Shown in pieces: positions 38,423 to 47,468 of a stretch of DNA of 64,000 nucleotides. Origin of the DNA: Bacteroidota bacterium (GTDB taxonomy: Bacteria; Bacteroidota; Ignavibacteria; SZUA-365). The DNA is taken from NCBI GenBank assembly GCA_035362335.1, contig DAOSDL010000004.1, forward strand, positions 114,759 through 178,758, read 5' to 3'. A program made the translations under genes and the position numbers. Under the pieces are notes generated by a model. The model searched no databases. It was not told the origin of the DNA and saw only the letters and a program-made list of their open reading frames with translations. Positions within the stretch are counted from its first letter, which is position 1, and every line of letters begins with the position of its first letter.

Positions 38423-40276
38423 TCAACGGATGTGAAGTAATGTGGTGGCTGCCTCGTCCCGGGCAATGAGACGGAGGAGGTACATTCCCGCAGGCAACGT
38501 ATGGGCGGGCAGAAGCAACGTTCCACTGCCTGAGGGCACGGCGCGACTGTACACACGGCGCCCGAGCGCATCATACACATCCAGCGTGCCGTCGCGCGGC
38601 GCTTCGTAGTCCACGGCAACGGAGGCGTGCACGCTGGCGGGTTGCGGATACAACGCCGCGATGCGTGGCGATGCCGCGACTGCGGGGAGCTCGACAGACG
38701 TTGCACGCGTGAGCTGCACAGCCCAGGGCAGCACGATGGTATCCTCGGAACTGATGCGCATGTGCACGCGGAGAATGTGCGCACCGGGCAGCAGCGGCGA
38801 GGTGTCCCACACGCACAGCGTGTCGCGATAGCGCTGGCGAATGGAGGGTTGGGAAACGCGTAGAGGTGCATCGGGTTCGTCGACGCGCAGCACATCGAGC
38901 CAATACGAGGTGAAATACACCGGCACATCCGCACCGGGCAGGAAGCGCACGGTGCCGTAGACGGGCACCAGAGCATTCACCGGCGCCTGCGACGGCTCGT
39001 CGATGCCGATCACCGCCGCCACAGCTCCCGGTCCCACCTCGGGTAGTGCGGGAAAGGTGCAATGAAACAGCGCCAGCACGCCGTTGTCGGCAGCCCGTGG
39101 AGTGAAATTCTGTATGCCGCTTTGAATGCCCACCCACTGCGAAACGCCGCGCGCCAGCACCGGAGCGCGAATGGACGATTGGATGAATTGCATGCGGGAC
39201 GAATCCTGACTGCCCACGTAGCCGCCGGAGCCATCGCAAATGCTGGACGTAACGGTCACGTTGCCGCGTCCCATGGACAGGATTTCGCCGAACACGGAAT
39301 TGTTCACGGCCAATTCAGCGGTGCCCAGAGCATAGAGATTCCATGCGCCCACGCGGCTGCGCTGAAATCGGATGTTTCGATCGCTTACAGGCAATGCGTA
39401 GTCGTTGAGTGCGCTGTTGTTCACCAGGCCGCTGACGGTGGCGGGACCGGGGCCGTAAAACATCAGCCCCACGGCAAGCAGATCGGCGTCGGTCACAAGC
39501 GCTTCACTCGCTGCCTCTATCATCAGCGCCCAGCGCAGATTCACGCATTCCTCGAACACCCACTGCGTGGCAATATCTGCGTGCGATGCGATGGAATCCG
39601 GGAACACCCATCGCCCGAGCACGTCCGCGCCGGGGAGGCGCATCGTCGCATTCGCGCCAGCTGGCAAATGCAACCAACTGAGCAAGGCCGAGCAGCGCAG
39701 ATAACTGGCGCGGGCTTGGTCGAACAACAATACTTCGCCCAGACCGTCGCAATCGGTGGCCTCCATGCGCGCGCGCTGCGTCACACTCGTGGTCATCACC
39801 GCGTTGGTTACTGACGAGGCATCGAGGCGCAGGACGGCGCTGTCCATCACCGCGCAGCCCACGTTGTAGCCGCCGCAATCCAGCGTGCCGCCCGCCAGCC
39901 ACAGCGAGGCGGTGTTCCGCAACAGTATCGATCGCTGGTAGAGATACTCCTGCACGAAGCGCAATTCGCTCCCCGCCAGCTCCACGCCACCGTTGTTGAG
40001 GATGTAGACATTGCCCCGCACACGCAGTTCGGTGGACTGCACGCGCAGCCGTCCGTTGTTGAGAACGATCACATCCCCGTTCACTTCCAGGGGTGTGTCG
40101 AGCACGCGCACTTCGTTGGGATTGGGAAAGCCCACGACAAGATCCTCGGGACCCGGCAGCACAGCCTGCGTGGACGCGTGCAGCGGCGCCCGCGGCATGG
40201 CTGCACGGTGCGACTGCGCCACCGCGGTGCCCGCGGCGAGCAGACAGAGCAGAGTCACGAGAATGGAGTTTTTCAC
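38423..40276 (-). CDS. Secreted protein with T9SS C-terminal sorting domain (function unknown)
   Basis: 617 aa with signal peptide MKNSILVTLLCLLAAGTAVAQS. The C-terminus ...AALYPQPASVHASVAVDYEAPRDGTLDVYDALGRRVYS...LPAGMYLLRLIARDEAATTLLHIR fits the Por tail pattern. Confidence 0.65.
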   Translation of the reverse strand: MKNSILVTLLCLLAAGTAVAQSHRAAMPRAPLHASTQAVLPGPEDLVVGFPNPNEVRVLDTPLEVNGDVIVLNNGRLRVQSTELRVRGNVYILNNGGVELAGSELRFVQEYLYQRSILLRNTASLWLAGGTLDCGGYNVGCAVMDSAVLRLDASSVTNAVMTTSVTQRARMEATDCDGLGEVLLFDQARASYLRCSALLSWLHLPAGANATMRLPGADVLGRWVFPDSIASHADIATQWVFEECVNLRWALMIEAASEALVTDADLLAVGLMFYGPGPATVSGLVNNSALNDYALPVSDRNIRFQRSRVGAWNLYALGTAELAVNNSVFGEILSMGRGNVTVTSSICDGSGGYVGSQDSSRMQFIQSSIRAPVLARGVSQWVGIQSGIQNFTPRAADNGVLALFHCTFPALPEVGPGAVAAVIGIDEPSQAPVNALVPVYGTVRFLPGADVPVYFTSYWLDVLRVDEPDAPLRVSQPSIRQRYRDTLCVWDTSPLLPGAHILRVHMRISSEDTIVLPWAVQLTRATSVELPAVAASPRIAALYPQPASVHASVAVDYEAPRDGTLDVYDALGRRVYSRAVPSGSGTLLLPAHTLPAGMYLLRLIARDEAATTLLHIR

Positions 40277-40434
40277 AACGCTTTCCGTATATTACGGTTT
40301 GTCCACATCGATAAAGTACGGGATTCCTCCCCTCGGTTCAAGAAGTGAGGGAACCCGCCGCGCGGATGACGCGTTGAACTTTGATGTTGAGTTTTTCCGA
40401 TTTTTTCCGTCTCACAATATCAGAAGAGGAAACC

Positions 40435-41352
40435 ATGAAGTATCTGGCAACCCTGAAAGCACTCGCGCTGGCCGTGGCCGTGAGTCTCACACTCGTCGCC
40501 TGCGACGAGGAGGACAGCAATCCCATCGACGCCGATCCCGATGTCAGCGCCCCCTCGAGTCTGAAGGCCGCCTCCGCTGATGGCGCCATTCTCCTGAGCT
40601 GGACGGCCTCGGTGAGCGAATCCGCCAGCAACTTCGGCAGCTACGAAATCGCCGTGCTCAACAAGACCACCGGCACCACGCTCGCCCCGCGCACCGCGGC
40701 CAAGGGCATCACCAGCCTGCGCATCGACGGTTTGAAGAATGGCGACCGCTATGAATTCACCGTGCGTTCCCTCACCACCGCCGGCAAGAAGAGCACCGGC
40801 TTCGCGCAGCTCGAATGGTCGCCCGCCTATCGTCAGACGGTGGATGCCATGGGCAATGTGATCAAGGTGTACGCCACGACTTCCACCAATTTCAACAGCG
40901 GCATCGATCTGTTCAATGCCGACAAAAAGGCCGAAGTGATTCCGCAGTCGGGACAGATTTTCCGTGATCGCGGCGATCTGTACGTGTTCGCCGAGAACAA
41001 CACTTCCGCGCTGTCCATCATCAGCCCGGATCAGGCCAGCAACAAGGGTCTCGAAACGCAGTTCTCCAGCGTTGCTCCGGCTGATGCCGACGATCTCAAC
41101 GCCCATCTGCTCGGTACGGCTCCCGCCACGAACAGCTACACGCTCAAGCAGTTCACCATCTCCGATGTCGCTGTAACCACGGGCAAGGTGTACTTCGGTC
41201 GTCTGGTGCGCGGCACGGACAATTACTACTTCCGCATGCTCATCAAGCGCGGTTCGAATGGCAAGCTCATCCAGGGCAGCGGTGCCGACCGTTACGTCGA
41301 ACTCGTGGTCAGCTTCCAGGATGCGGCGAACGTGCCCTTCGCGAAGAAATAA
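40435..41352 (+). CDS. Lipoprotein with an FN3-like domain, paralogue 1
   Basis: Trimmed to the ATG at 40435. Lipobox SLTLVAC. The FN3-like block is PSSLKAASADGAILLSWTAS...YEIAVLNKTTG...GDRYEFTVRSLT. The conserved C-terminal domain is shared with 41652..42557. Confidence 0.6.
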   Translation: MKYLATLKALALAVAVSLTLVACDEEDSNPIDADPDVSAPSSLKAASADGAILLSWTASVSESASNFGSYEIAVLNKTTGTTLAPRTAAKGITSLRIDGLKNGDRYEFTVRSLTTAGKKSTGFAQLEWSPAYRQTVDAMGNVIKVYATTSTNFNSGIDLFNADKKAEVIPQSGQIFRDRGDLYVFAENNTSALSIISPDQASNKGLETQFSSVAPADADDLNAHLLGTAPATNSYTLKQFTISDVAVTTGKVYFGRLVRGTDNYYFRMLIKRGSNGKLIQGSGADRYVELVVSFQDAANVPFAKK

Positions 41353-41372
41353 GCTTCGCCTCGTTTTTCCCG

Positions 41373-41406
41373 GAGAAGGCCGTGTTTCGCGGCCTTCTCT
41401 TTTTTT
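41373..41406 (+). terminator. Rho-independent terminator
   Basis: GAGAAGGCCG-TGTTTCG-CGGCCTTCTC followed by TTTTTTT. Confidence 0.7.
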
Positions 41407-41506
41407 GGGGGTGAGAGTAGTGAGAACAGTATGGGTAAGGAGGAATTCGTATTCACGTTTGCGGATTCCTGAATCCTCCTTACCCTCCTCACCTTACTAC
41501 TCTCCC
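41407..41506. repeat. Long imperfect inverted repeat (about 100 bp)
   Basis: GGGTAAGGAGGAATTC (41433-41448) pairs with GAATCCTCCTTACCC (41471-41485). The outer arms GGGTGAGAGTAGTGAG and CTCACCTTACTACTCTCCC are partly complementary. An inner palindrome GGATTCCTGAATCC is also present. Confidence 0.5.
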
Positions 41507-41651
41507 TCTTCATGAATTTTGAAACAGCGAACCTCTGAAATCCCAAAAGAGCCATGATCGAAGCGGCACGACATTTCTCCACGCATTTCACTATTTTCCA
41601 GCGAACGAGAGACGCCACGCAATCTCCATTATTCATAAGCGCGAGGAAGCA

Positions 41652-42557
41652 ATGAAGCATTTGCTCTACTCCCTGTTCGCACTGTTCCTGCTCGTGGGCT
41701 TCAGCGCCTGCGACGACGACTCCCCCACCGATCCCGTGGACGCCGACGTGTCGCCGCCTTCCACCATCCGCGCGTCGTCGGCGGATCAGGCCATCATTCT
41801 CAATTGGTCTCCGTCCAGCAGCGAATCGCAGGAAAATTTCGATGGGTATCAGGTCCACGTGCTCAATAAAAGCACGAATGTATTTTTCATCGAAAAAGCT
41901 CCGAAGGGAAGCGGCTACACCGTGCGCAACCTCGACAATGGCACACGCTACACCATCACGGTGCGCGCGGTGACCAAGCTCGGCAAGGAGAGCGCAACCT
42001 TTGTGCAAATCGAATGGGCGCCCGCCATACGGCGCTCCGTGGATGCGCAGAATCAGGTGATTCGCGTGTACGCCACCACATCCACCACGTTCAACAGTGG
42101 TATCGACCTGTTCAACTCGGAGGGCAAGGCCGAGGTGATTCCACAATCCGGTCAGGCCTTCAAGGATCGCGGCGATCTCTTCGTGTACGCGCCCGACAAC
42201 AATTCGCAATTCCTTTCCATTCGCAGTCCGCACACCGCGGCCAATCAGGGCCTCGAGACGCAGTTCAGCACCGTGACCTACGACGCCAACAGCCTCGACG
42301 AGAGCTTTGCCACCACCTCGCCGCAGATTGCCAGCTACACGAAAACCGACGTCTCGGTGACCGGCGCCACCGTACCCATGGGTCTGGTGCTGTACGGCCG
42401 GCTGAAGCGCGGAACCGACCACCAGTATTTCCGCCTCTGTGTGAAGCGCGATCCCGCAACGGGCAAACTCGTCCGCGGCGTGGGAGCCGATCGCTACATT
42501 GAAATGGAAGTGTCCTTCCAGCTCGAGAAGAACGTCCCGTTCTCGAAAAAACACTGA
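41652..42557 (+). CDS. Lipoprotein with an FN3-like domain, paralogue 2
   Basis: 301 aa with lipobox LLVGFSAC. It is colinear with paralogue 1 (e.g. VYATTSTxFNSGIDLFNxxxKAEVIPQSGQxFxDRGDL, GLETQFSxV, GADRYxExxVSFQ). Confidence 0.6.
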   Translation: MKHLLYSLFALFLLVGFSACDDDSPTDPVDADVSPPSTIRASSADQAIILNWSPSSSESQENFDGYQVHVLNKSTNVFFIEKAPKGSGYTVRNLDNGTRYTITVRAVTKLGKESATFVQIEWAPAIRRSVDAQNQVIRVYATTSTTFNSGIDLFNSEGKAEVIPQSGQAFKDRGDLFVYAPDNNSQFLSIRSPHTAANQGLETQFSTVTYDANSLDESFATTSPQIASYTKTDVSVTGATVPMGLVLYGRLKRGTDHQYFRLCVKRDPATGKLVRGVGADRYIEMEVSFQLEKNVPFSKKH

Positions 42558-42574
42558 CGCATCTCTTTGCGAGG

Positions 42575-42609
42575 AAGCGCGCGCAGCGGAAGCAGGCGCG
42601 CGCTTTTTT
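42575..42609 (+). terminator. Rho-independent terminator
   Basis: AAGCGCGCGC-11 nt-GCGCGCGCTT followed by TTTT. Confidence 0.65.
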
Positions 42610-42641
42610 CCCATCCACCGTATCACCAAATCGGAGCCGCG

Positions 42642-43424
42642 ATGAAACCCGCCTTCCACACCGATGAAGGCACGGGAACGCCCCTGCTTCTCGTCCACGC
42701 CTTTCCCCTCACCTCGGCGATGTGGGAAGCCCAGCGCTTGCGCTTGCGCGGTCATTGCCGCGTGCTCACCTTCGACCTGCCGGGATTCGGACGTGGAGGA
42801 CCGGTGTTCCCAGATCAGAGCATCGACCACTGCGCCGACATGGCCGTGGCGCTGCTGGATGAACTCGGCATCGAACGCGCGGTGCTGTGCGGCTGCTCCA
42901 TGGGTGGCTACATCGCGCTGGGCGTGCTGCGCCGCCATCCCGCACGTCTCGCGGGGTTGATTCTGGCCAATACGCGCGTGGGCGCCGACAGCGAGGAGGG
43001 CGCCGCCGGGCGCATGGCGCAGATCGAACGTATTCGCGCAGGTGAATTCGCCGCGGTGTTGGACGGCATGCGTCCGCGCCTGCTGGGCGCCACCACGCAC
43101 GAAACCGCGCCGGAGGTGCCGCGACTGGTGGAGGACATCACTGCCATGGCCACACCCGAGGGTGCCATCGCCATGCTGCGCGCCATGGCGCAGCGACCCG
43201 ATTCCAGCGAGGCGCTGCGGCATTGCCCCGTGCCCGTACTCTCCATCGGCGGCGCGGAGGATGTGCTCATCCCGCCATCGGAAGCCGAGCATATCGCCGC
43301 ACTCGCGCCCGATGCCACGTTGCGCATCATTCAACTCGCCGGACATCTGAGCAATCTCGAACGTCCCGCCAAGTTCACCGACGCGGTCAAGGAGTTCCTC
43401 CTCCGCTGTGAAAGTCCCGGCTGA
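42642..43424 (+). CDS. Alpha/beta-fold hydrolase
   Basis: Trimmed to the ATG at 42642. ...PLLLVHAFPLTSAMWEAQ...VLCGCSMGGYIALG (nucleophile elbow) ...LAGHLSNLERP. Confidence 0.75.
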   Translation: MKPAFHTDEGTGTPLLLVHAFPLTSAMWEAQRLRLRGHCRVLTFDLPGFGRGGPVFPDQSIDHCADMAVALLDELGIERAVLCGCSMGGYIALGVLRRHPARLAGLILANTRVGADSEEGAAGRMAQIERIRAGEFAAVLDGMRPRLLGATTHETAPEVPRLVEDITAMATPEGAIAMLRAMAQRPDSSEALRHCPVPVLSIGGAEDVLIPPSEAEHIAALAPDATLRIIQLAGHLSNLERPAKFTDAVKEFLLRCESPG

Positions 43425-43464
43425 ACCATGCGTCGCATGTTCACACACGCCCCCGGTGACCGTC

Positions 43465-44970
43465 ATGAGTGAGCAAGGCGCGATGCAAACGCCGCCGCGC
43501 TTGCGCACACTGGGCTTTGTGCTCGGCGTGTTCGCCTTTGTCGCAATCCTTCTGTTGCCCGCGCCCGAGGGACTGGGCGCGCAGGGCATGGCGGTGCTGG
43601 CTTGCGCCGCGCTGCTGGCGCTGTGGTGGATGACCGAGGCCCTGCCCATACCCGTGACCTCGCTGCTGCCCATCGTACTTTTTCCGCTGCTCGGCGTGAT
43701 GAGCATACAGGACGCCTCGGCACCCTATGCGGATTCGCTGGTCTTCCTCTTCCTGGGCGGCTTCATCCTGGCACTGGGCATCGAGCGCAGCCGCGCGCAC
43801 AAGCGCATCGCCCTGCTGGTATTGCGCATCATGGGCGAAAAACCCTCGCGCATCGTACTCGGTTTCATGCTGGCCACAGCCGGTCTTTCGCTGTGGATTT
43901 CCAACACCGCTACCGTCATGCTGATGCTGCCCATCGCGCTGGCTGTGCTCGAGCGGACGGAGGGCGGCACTGCCAGGGGCACGCAGGGCAACTTCGCCAT
44001 GGCGCTGCTGCTGGGCATCGCCTATGCGGCCAGTATCGGTGGCGTGGGCACATTGATCGGCACGCCGCCCAATATCGTGCTCGCCGGTGTGATGGGCAAA
44101 CTGCATCCCGAGCTGCCGCCCATTGGTTTTGTGCAATGGATGCTCTTCGGCATTCCCCTGGTGGTCCTGTTCCTGCCTCTTTGCTGGCTGCTGTTGGTGC
44201 GTGTGCTACCGTTCACGCGTCTGCATGGTGTGTCGGCCATTGGCGCCGTCTCCTCGCTCGACGAGGAGTTGCGCGCGCTGGGTCCCGTGAGTCGCGTGGA
44301 GCGACGCGTGCTGCTGCTGTTTCTCGCCACCGCCCTGGGGTGGATATTCCGCGTACCGATAGAAATCGGGACGCTGCGCATTCCGGGCCTCATCGATGTG
44401 TTGCCGCAGCTCACCGACGCGGGCATTGCCATGAGTGCCGCCGTGGCGCTGTTCCTGCTCCCCACCGGAAGCGGAACGCCCTTGCTGCAATGGCAGGACG
44501 TGCAGAAGGGCGTGCCCTGGGGCATACTGCTGCTCTTCGGTGGCGGCTTCGCTCTTGCCGAAGCCATGCGGCGCAGCGGCGTCACCTTGTATCTGGGCGG
44601 ATGGATCCATTCCATGGACGGCGTGCCCGTGTTGCTCGTTATCGCCAGCGTGTGCCTGCTGCTCACCTTTCTCACCGAACTCACCTCCAACACCGCCACG
44701 GCGAGCATACTCGTGCCCGTCACCGCCGGCGCCGCGGTGGCATTGGGACAGCATCCACTCCTGCTGGCTCTTCCCGCCGCGCTAAGCGCCTCCTTCGCCT
44801 TCATGCTGCCCGTGGCCACACCGCCCAATGCCATCGTTTTCTCCACCGGCCAGGTCGGCATCCGGCACATGGCCATCACGGGATTTGCTCTGAATCTGAT
44901 CGGCGTCGTCCTCGTCACCGCGCTGATGTACGCGCTCGGACAATACGTTTTCGCTTTCGTGATCCGATAA
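43465..44970 (+). CDS. DASS/SLC13-family sodium-coupled anion (di/tricarboxylate or sulfate) symporter
   Basis: Trimmed to the ATG at 43465. It is a multi-TM protein with the duplicated SNTAT hairpin motifs (ISNTATVMLMLPIA and TSNTATASILVPV). Confidence 0.8.
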   Translation: MSEQGAMQTPPRLRTLGFVLGVFAFVAILLLPAPEGLGAQGMAVLACAALLALWWMTEALPIPVTSLLPIVLFPLLGVMSIQDASAPYADSLVFLFLGGFILALGIERSRAHKRIALLVLRIMGEKPSRIVLGFMLATAGLSLWISNTATVMLMLPIALAVLERTEGGTARGTQGNFAMALLLGIAYAASIGGVGTLIGTPPNIVLAGVMGKLHPELPPIGFVQWMLFGIPLVVLFLPLCWLLLVRVLPFTRLHGVSAIGAVSSLDEELRALGPVSRVERRVLLLFLATALGWIFRVPIEIGTLRIPGLIDVLPQLTDAGIAMSAAVALFLLPTGSGTPLLQWQDVQKGVPWGILLLFGGGFALAEAMRRSGVTLYLGGWIHSMDGVPVLLVIASVCLLLTFLTELTSNTATASILVPVTAGAAVALGQHPLLLALPAALSASFAFMLPVATPPNAIVFSTGQVGIRHMAITGFALNLIGVVLVTALMYALGQYVFAFVIR

Positions 44971-45100
44971 GCACTCCGGCATTCGTTGCAGGCGTGAACC
45001 GACTGTCGGACGCAAGACCTTGGGAACAACTTCGTCCTTCCGCCATAGCGACAAATTCGGCGTGCACGGTGCATAACCGCGAGCATAATGTGCGAGTTAT

Positions 45101-45122
45101 CCCCTCCCTCCCTCCCCTCCCT
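45101..45122 (-). repeat. G-quadruplex-type motif on the minus strand (C-run tract CCCCTCCCTCCCTCCCCTCCCT on plus)
   Basis: Five or more runs of 3-4 C separated by single T, about 170 bp upstream of the 45295 ATG. Confidence 0.5.
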
Positions 45123-45221
45123 GCACGGCGGCGGTCGCATTGGTGCAGTCGCGTGGGTGATGGTCAGAATCGATGGAGGGCGGTCGGGATGCGGGCGGCG
45201 GGTGATCGGCACTTCGGGAAA

Positions 45222-45247
45222 CAATTGTCAATTGTGGAGAAATTGAC
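45222..45247. promoter_or_regulatory. Candidate operator: tandem CAATTGT CAATTGT plus inverted repeat GTCAATT-N7-AATTGAC
   Basis: Read directly from the sequence. It lies in an AT-rich patch 48-73 nt upstream of the SDR gene ATG. Confidence 0.35.
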
Positions 45248-45294
45248 TACTTTTTTTACTTTGGATTTTCAACAATAGTGACACTCGAGAATTC

Positions 45295-46179
45295 ATGACA
45301 CGGAAACAGATAAACCAATGGGCGGTGATCCTCGGCGCCTCCTCGGGCTTCGGCGCGGCCACCGCGCGTGAACTCGCGCGACACGGCTACCACATCCTCG
45401 GTGTGCACCTGGACCGCCAGGCAACCATGCCCGCGGTGAACCGCCTGCTCGCCGATATTCGCCATCAGGGAGTGCAGGCGGAATTCTACAATGTGAACGC
45501 GGCCGACGAACTCAAGCGCCACGAGGTGCTGGACGATTTCCTCGACAAGCACCACCGCAGCGAAAAGGTCTCGGTCAAGGTGTTGATGCACTCGCTCGCC
45601 TTCGGTACCCTGCGTCCACTGGTGGGACGCGACGACAGCGAGATGATCAAGAAAGCTCAGCTCGAAATGACGCTCGACGTGATGGCGAATTCCCTCATCT
45701 ACTGGACGCAGGATCTCGTGCGCCGCAAGCTGCTCGGCCGCGGCTCGCGCATCTTCGCCATGACCAGCGACGGCGCGAATCTCAACCTGCCGTACTACGG
45801 AGCCGTGTCCGCCGCCAAAGCCGCACTCGAATCCTATATCCGGCAGCTCGCATTGGAGTTGGGTCCGCTGGGCGTGACCTGCAACGCCCTGCTGGCCGGC
45901 GTGACCGACACGCCCGCGCTGGCGAAAATACCGGGCAACAAGAACATGCTCATCGCCGCCATCGGCAAGAATCCCTTCGGCCGCGCAACGCTGCCCGAGG
46001 ACGTGGCCAAGGCCATCGTGGCCTTGCTGCAGCCGGGCACGCGCTTCATCAACGGCAACACGCTCGGCGTGGACGGCGGCGAAAGCAAGATCAGTTACAT
46101 CGGCCAGATCAATCCGTACGAATACGCCGATCTGAGCACCCTCGACCGCAGCACCTCGGATCCGGAGTCCGCGTCCTGA
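45295..46179 (+). CDS. SDR-family oxidoreductase
   Basis: 294 aa. Rossmann motif AVILGASSGFGAATA, catalytic region PYYGAVSAAKAAL (YxxxK). Confidence 0.75.
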   Translation: MTRKQINQWAVILGASSGFGAATARELARHGYHILGVHLDRQATMPAVNRLLADIRHQGVQAEFYNVNAADELKRHEVLDDFLDKHHRSEKVSVKVLMHSLAFGTLRPLVGRDDSEMIKKAQLEMTLDVMANSLIYWTQDLVRRKLLGRGSRIFAMTSDGANLNLPYYGAVSAAKAALESYIRQLALELGPLGVTCNALLAGVTDTPALAKIPGNKNMLIAAIGKNPFGRATLPEDVAKAIVALLQPGTRFINGNTLGVDGGESKISYIGQINPYEYADLSTLDRSTSDPESAS

Positions 46180-46309
46180 GCACGCGGATTCAGCCGTCAA
46201 GATCCCTCATCACGCCGGAACACCCGTACGACACCGCGTGTCGTGCGCGTGCGCGCGCATGGAGTATCCTCGCAACCGCATCAGTACCACATACAAGCAA
46301 CGGACACAC

Positions 46310-47458
46310 ATGAACCTGTTTCAATTTACCGAAGAACAGAACATGCTTCGCGAGATGGTTCGCGAGTTTGTCAACGCGGAAGTCAAACCGATTGCCGGAA
46401 TGATCGATGAGAAAGAGGAAATCCCGCGCGACCTGATCAACAAGATCGGCGAGCTGGGTCTGCTCGGCACGGTGTTTCCCGAGGAATACGGCGGCAGTGG
46501 TTTCGGAGAGGTGGGCTACTGCATCGCGCAGGAGGAAATGGGCCGCGGCTGTCTCTCCACCGCGACCATGATCGGCGCGCACATGTCCATCGGCACCAAC
46601 GCCATCTTTATCGGCGGCACCGACGATATCAAGCAGAAGTACCTGCCGAAGCTCTGCTCGGGCGAGTGGATAGCGGCCTTTGGCCTCACCGAGGCCATGG
46701 CGGGCTCGGACAGCTTCAACGTGCGCACACGCGCGGTGGATATGGGCGACCACTACCTCCTCAACGGCGAAAAGCTGTGGATCACCAACGGCGGCATCGC
46801 CGATGTGATTTCCGTGTTCGCACGCACCGAGCGCGGCGTGACCGCCCTGGCAGTCGAGACTTCCTGGGAAGGCTTCAGCGCGGGTCCCAAGGAAAAGAAA
46901 ATGGGCATTCGCGGCAGCATGACCAATCCCATCAGCTTCAAGGATGTGCGTGTCCCGAAAGAGAATCTCATCGGGCAGGATGGCCGCGGCTTCCTCATCG
47001 CCATGAAAACGCTGGATGCCGGACGCCTCGGTCTCGGCGCCTGCTGCGTTGGCGCGGCGAAGGAAATGCTGGAACTCTCCGCGAAATACGCCAAGGAGCG
47101 CAAGCAATTCGACACGCCCATCGCGAATTTCGAAGGCGTGCAGTTCATGCTCGCCGAAATGATGACCATCATTTACGCGATGGAAAGCGTCGTGTACCGC
47201 ACCGCCGCCGATTACGATGCCGGCAAGAAAATCTCCACGCAATCGGCAGCGGTCAAGTTGTTCTGCAGCGAAGGTCTGGACAAGGTGGTGGACTTTGCCG
47301 TGCAGATTCACGGCGGCATGGGCTACTCGCGCGAGCTTCCGGTGGAGCGTTTCTATCGCGACAGCCGCATCAACCGCATTTTCGAAGGCACGAGTGAAAT
47401 CCAGAAACTCGTCATCTCCCACGACGTGCTCAAGCGCAACGGCGCCTGGGTCATCTGA
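46310..47458 (+). CDS. Acyl-CoA dehydrogenase
   Basis: Trimmed to the ATG at 46310. MNLFQFTEEQNMLREMVREFVNAEVKP...AAFGLTEAMAGSD...QIHGGMGYSRELPVERFYRDSRINRIFEGTSEIQ. Confidence 0.9.
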   Translation: MNLFQFTEEQNMLREMVREFVNAEVKPIAGMIDEKEEIPRDLINKIGELGLLGTVFPEEYGGSGFGEVGYCIAQEEMGRGCLSTATMIGAHMSIGTNAIFIGGTDDIKQKYLPKLCSGEWIAAFGLTEAMAGSDSFNVRTRAVDMGDHYLLNGEKLWITNGGIADVISVFARTERGVTALAVETSWEGFSAGPKEKKMGIRGSMTNPISFKDVRVPKENLIGQDGRGFLIAMKTLDAGRLGLGACCVGAAKEMLELSAKYAKERKQFDTPIANFEGVQFMLAEMMTIIYAMESVVYRTAADYDAGKKISTQSAAVKLFCSEGLDKVVDFAVQIHGGMGYSRELPVERFYRDSRINRIFEGTSEIQKLVISHDVLKRNGAWVI

Positions 47459-47468
47459 TTTCCGATGC

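Noticed and set aside
41292-43706. 804-aa minus-strand ORF spanning the FN3 paralogue 2, hydrolase and start of the DASS transporter
   Set aside because: It is antisense to three well-supported plus-strand genes and crosses two intergenic regions and a terminator. Its composition is not protein-like.
43602-45278. 558-aa plus-strand alternate-frame ORF over the DASS transporter
   Set aside because: It is an extremely Arg/His/Ala-rich out-of-frame read-through of the transporter gene. The transporter frame carries the SNTAT motifs.
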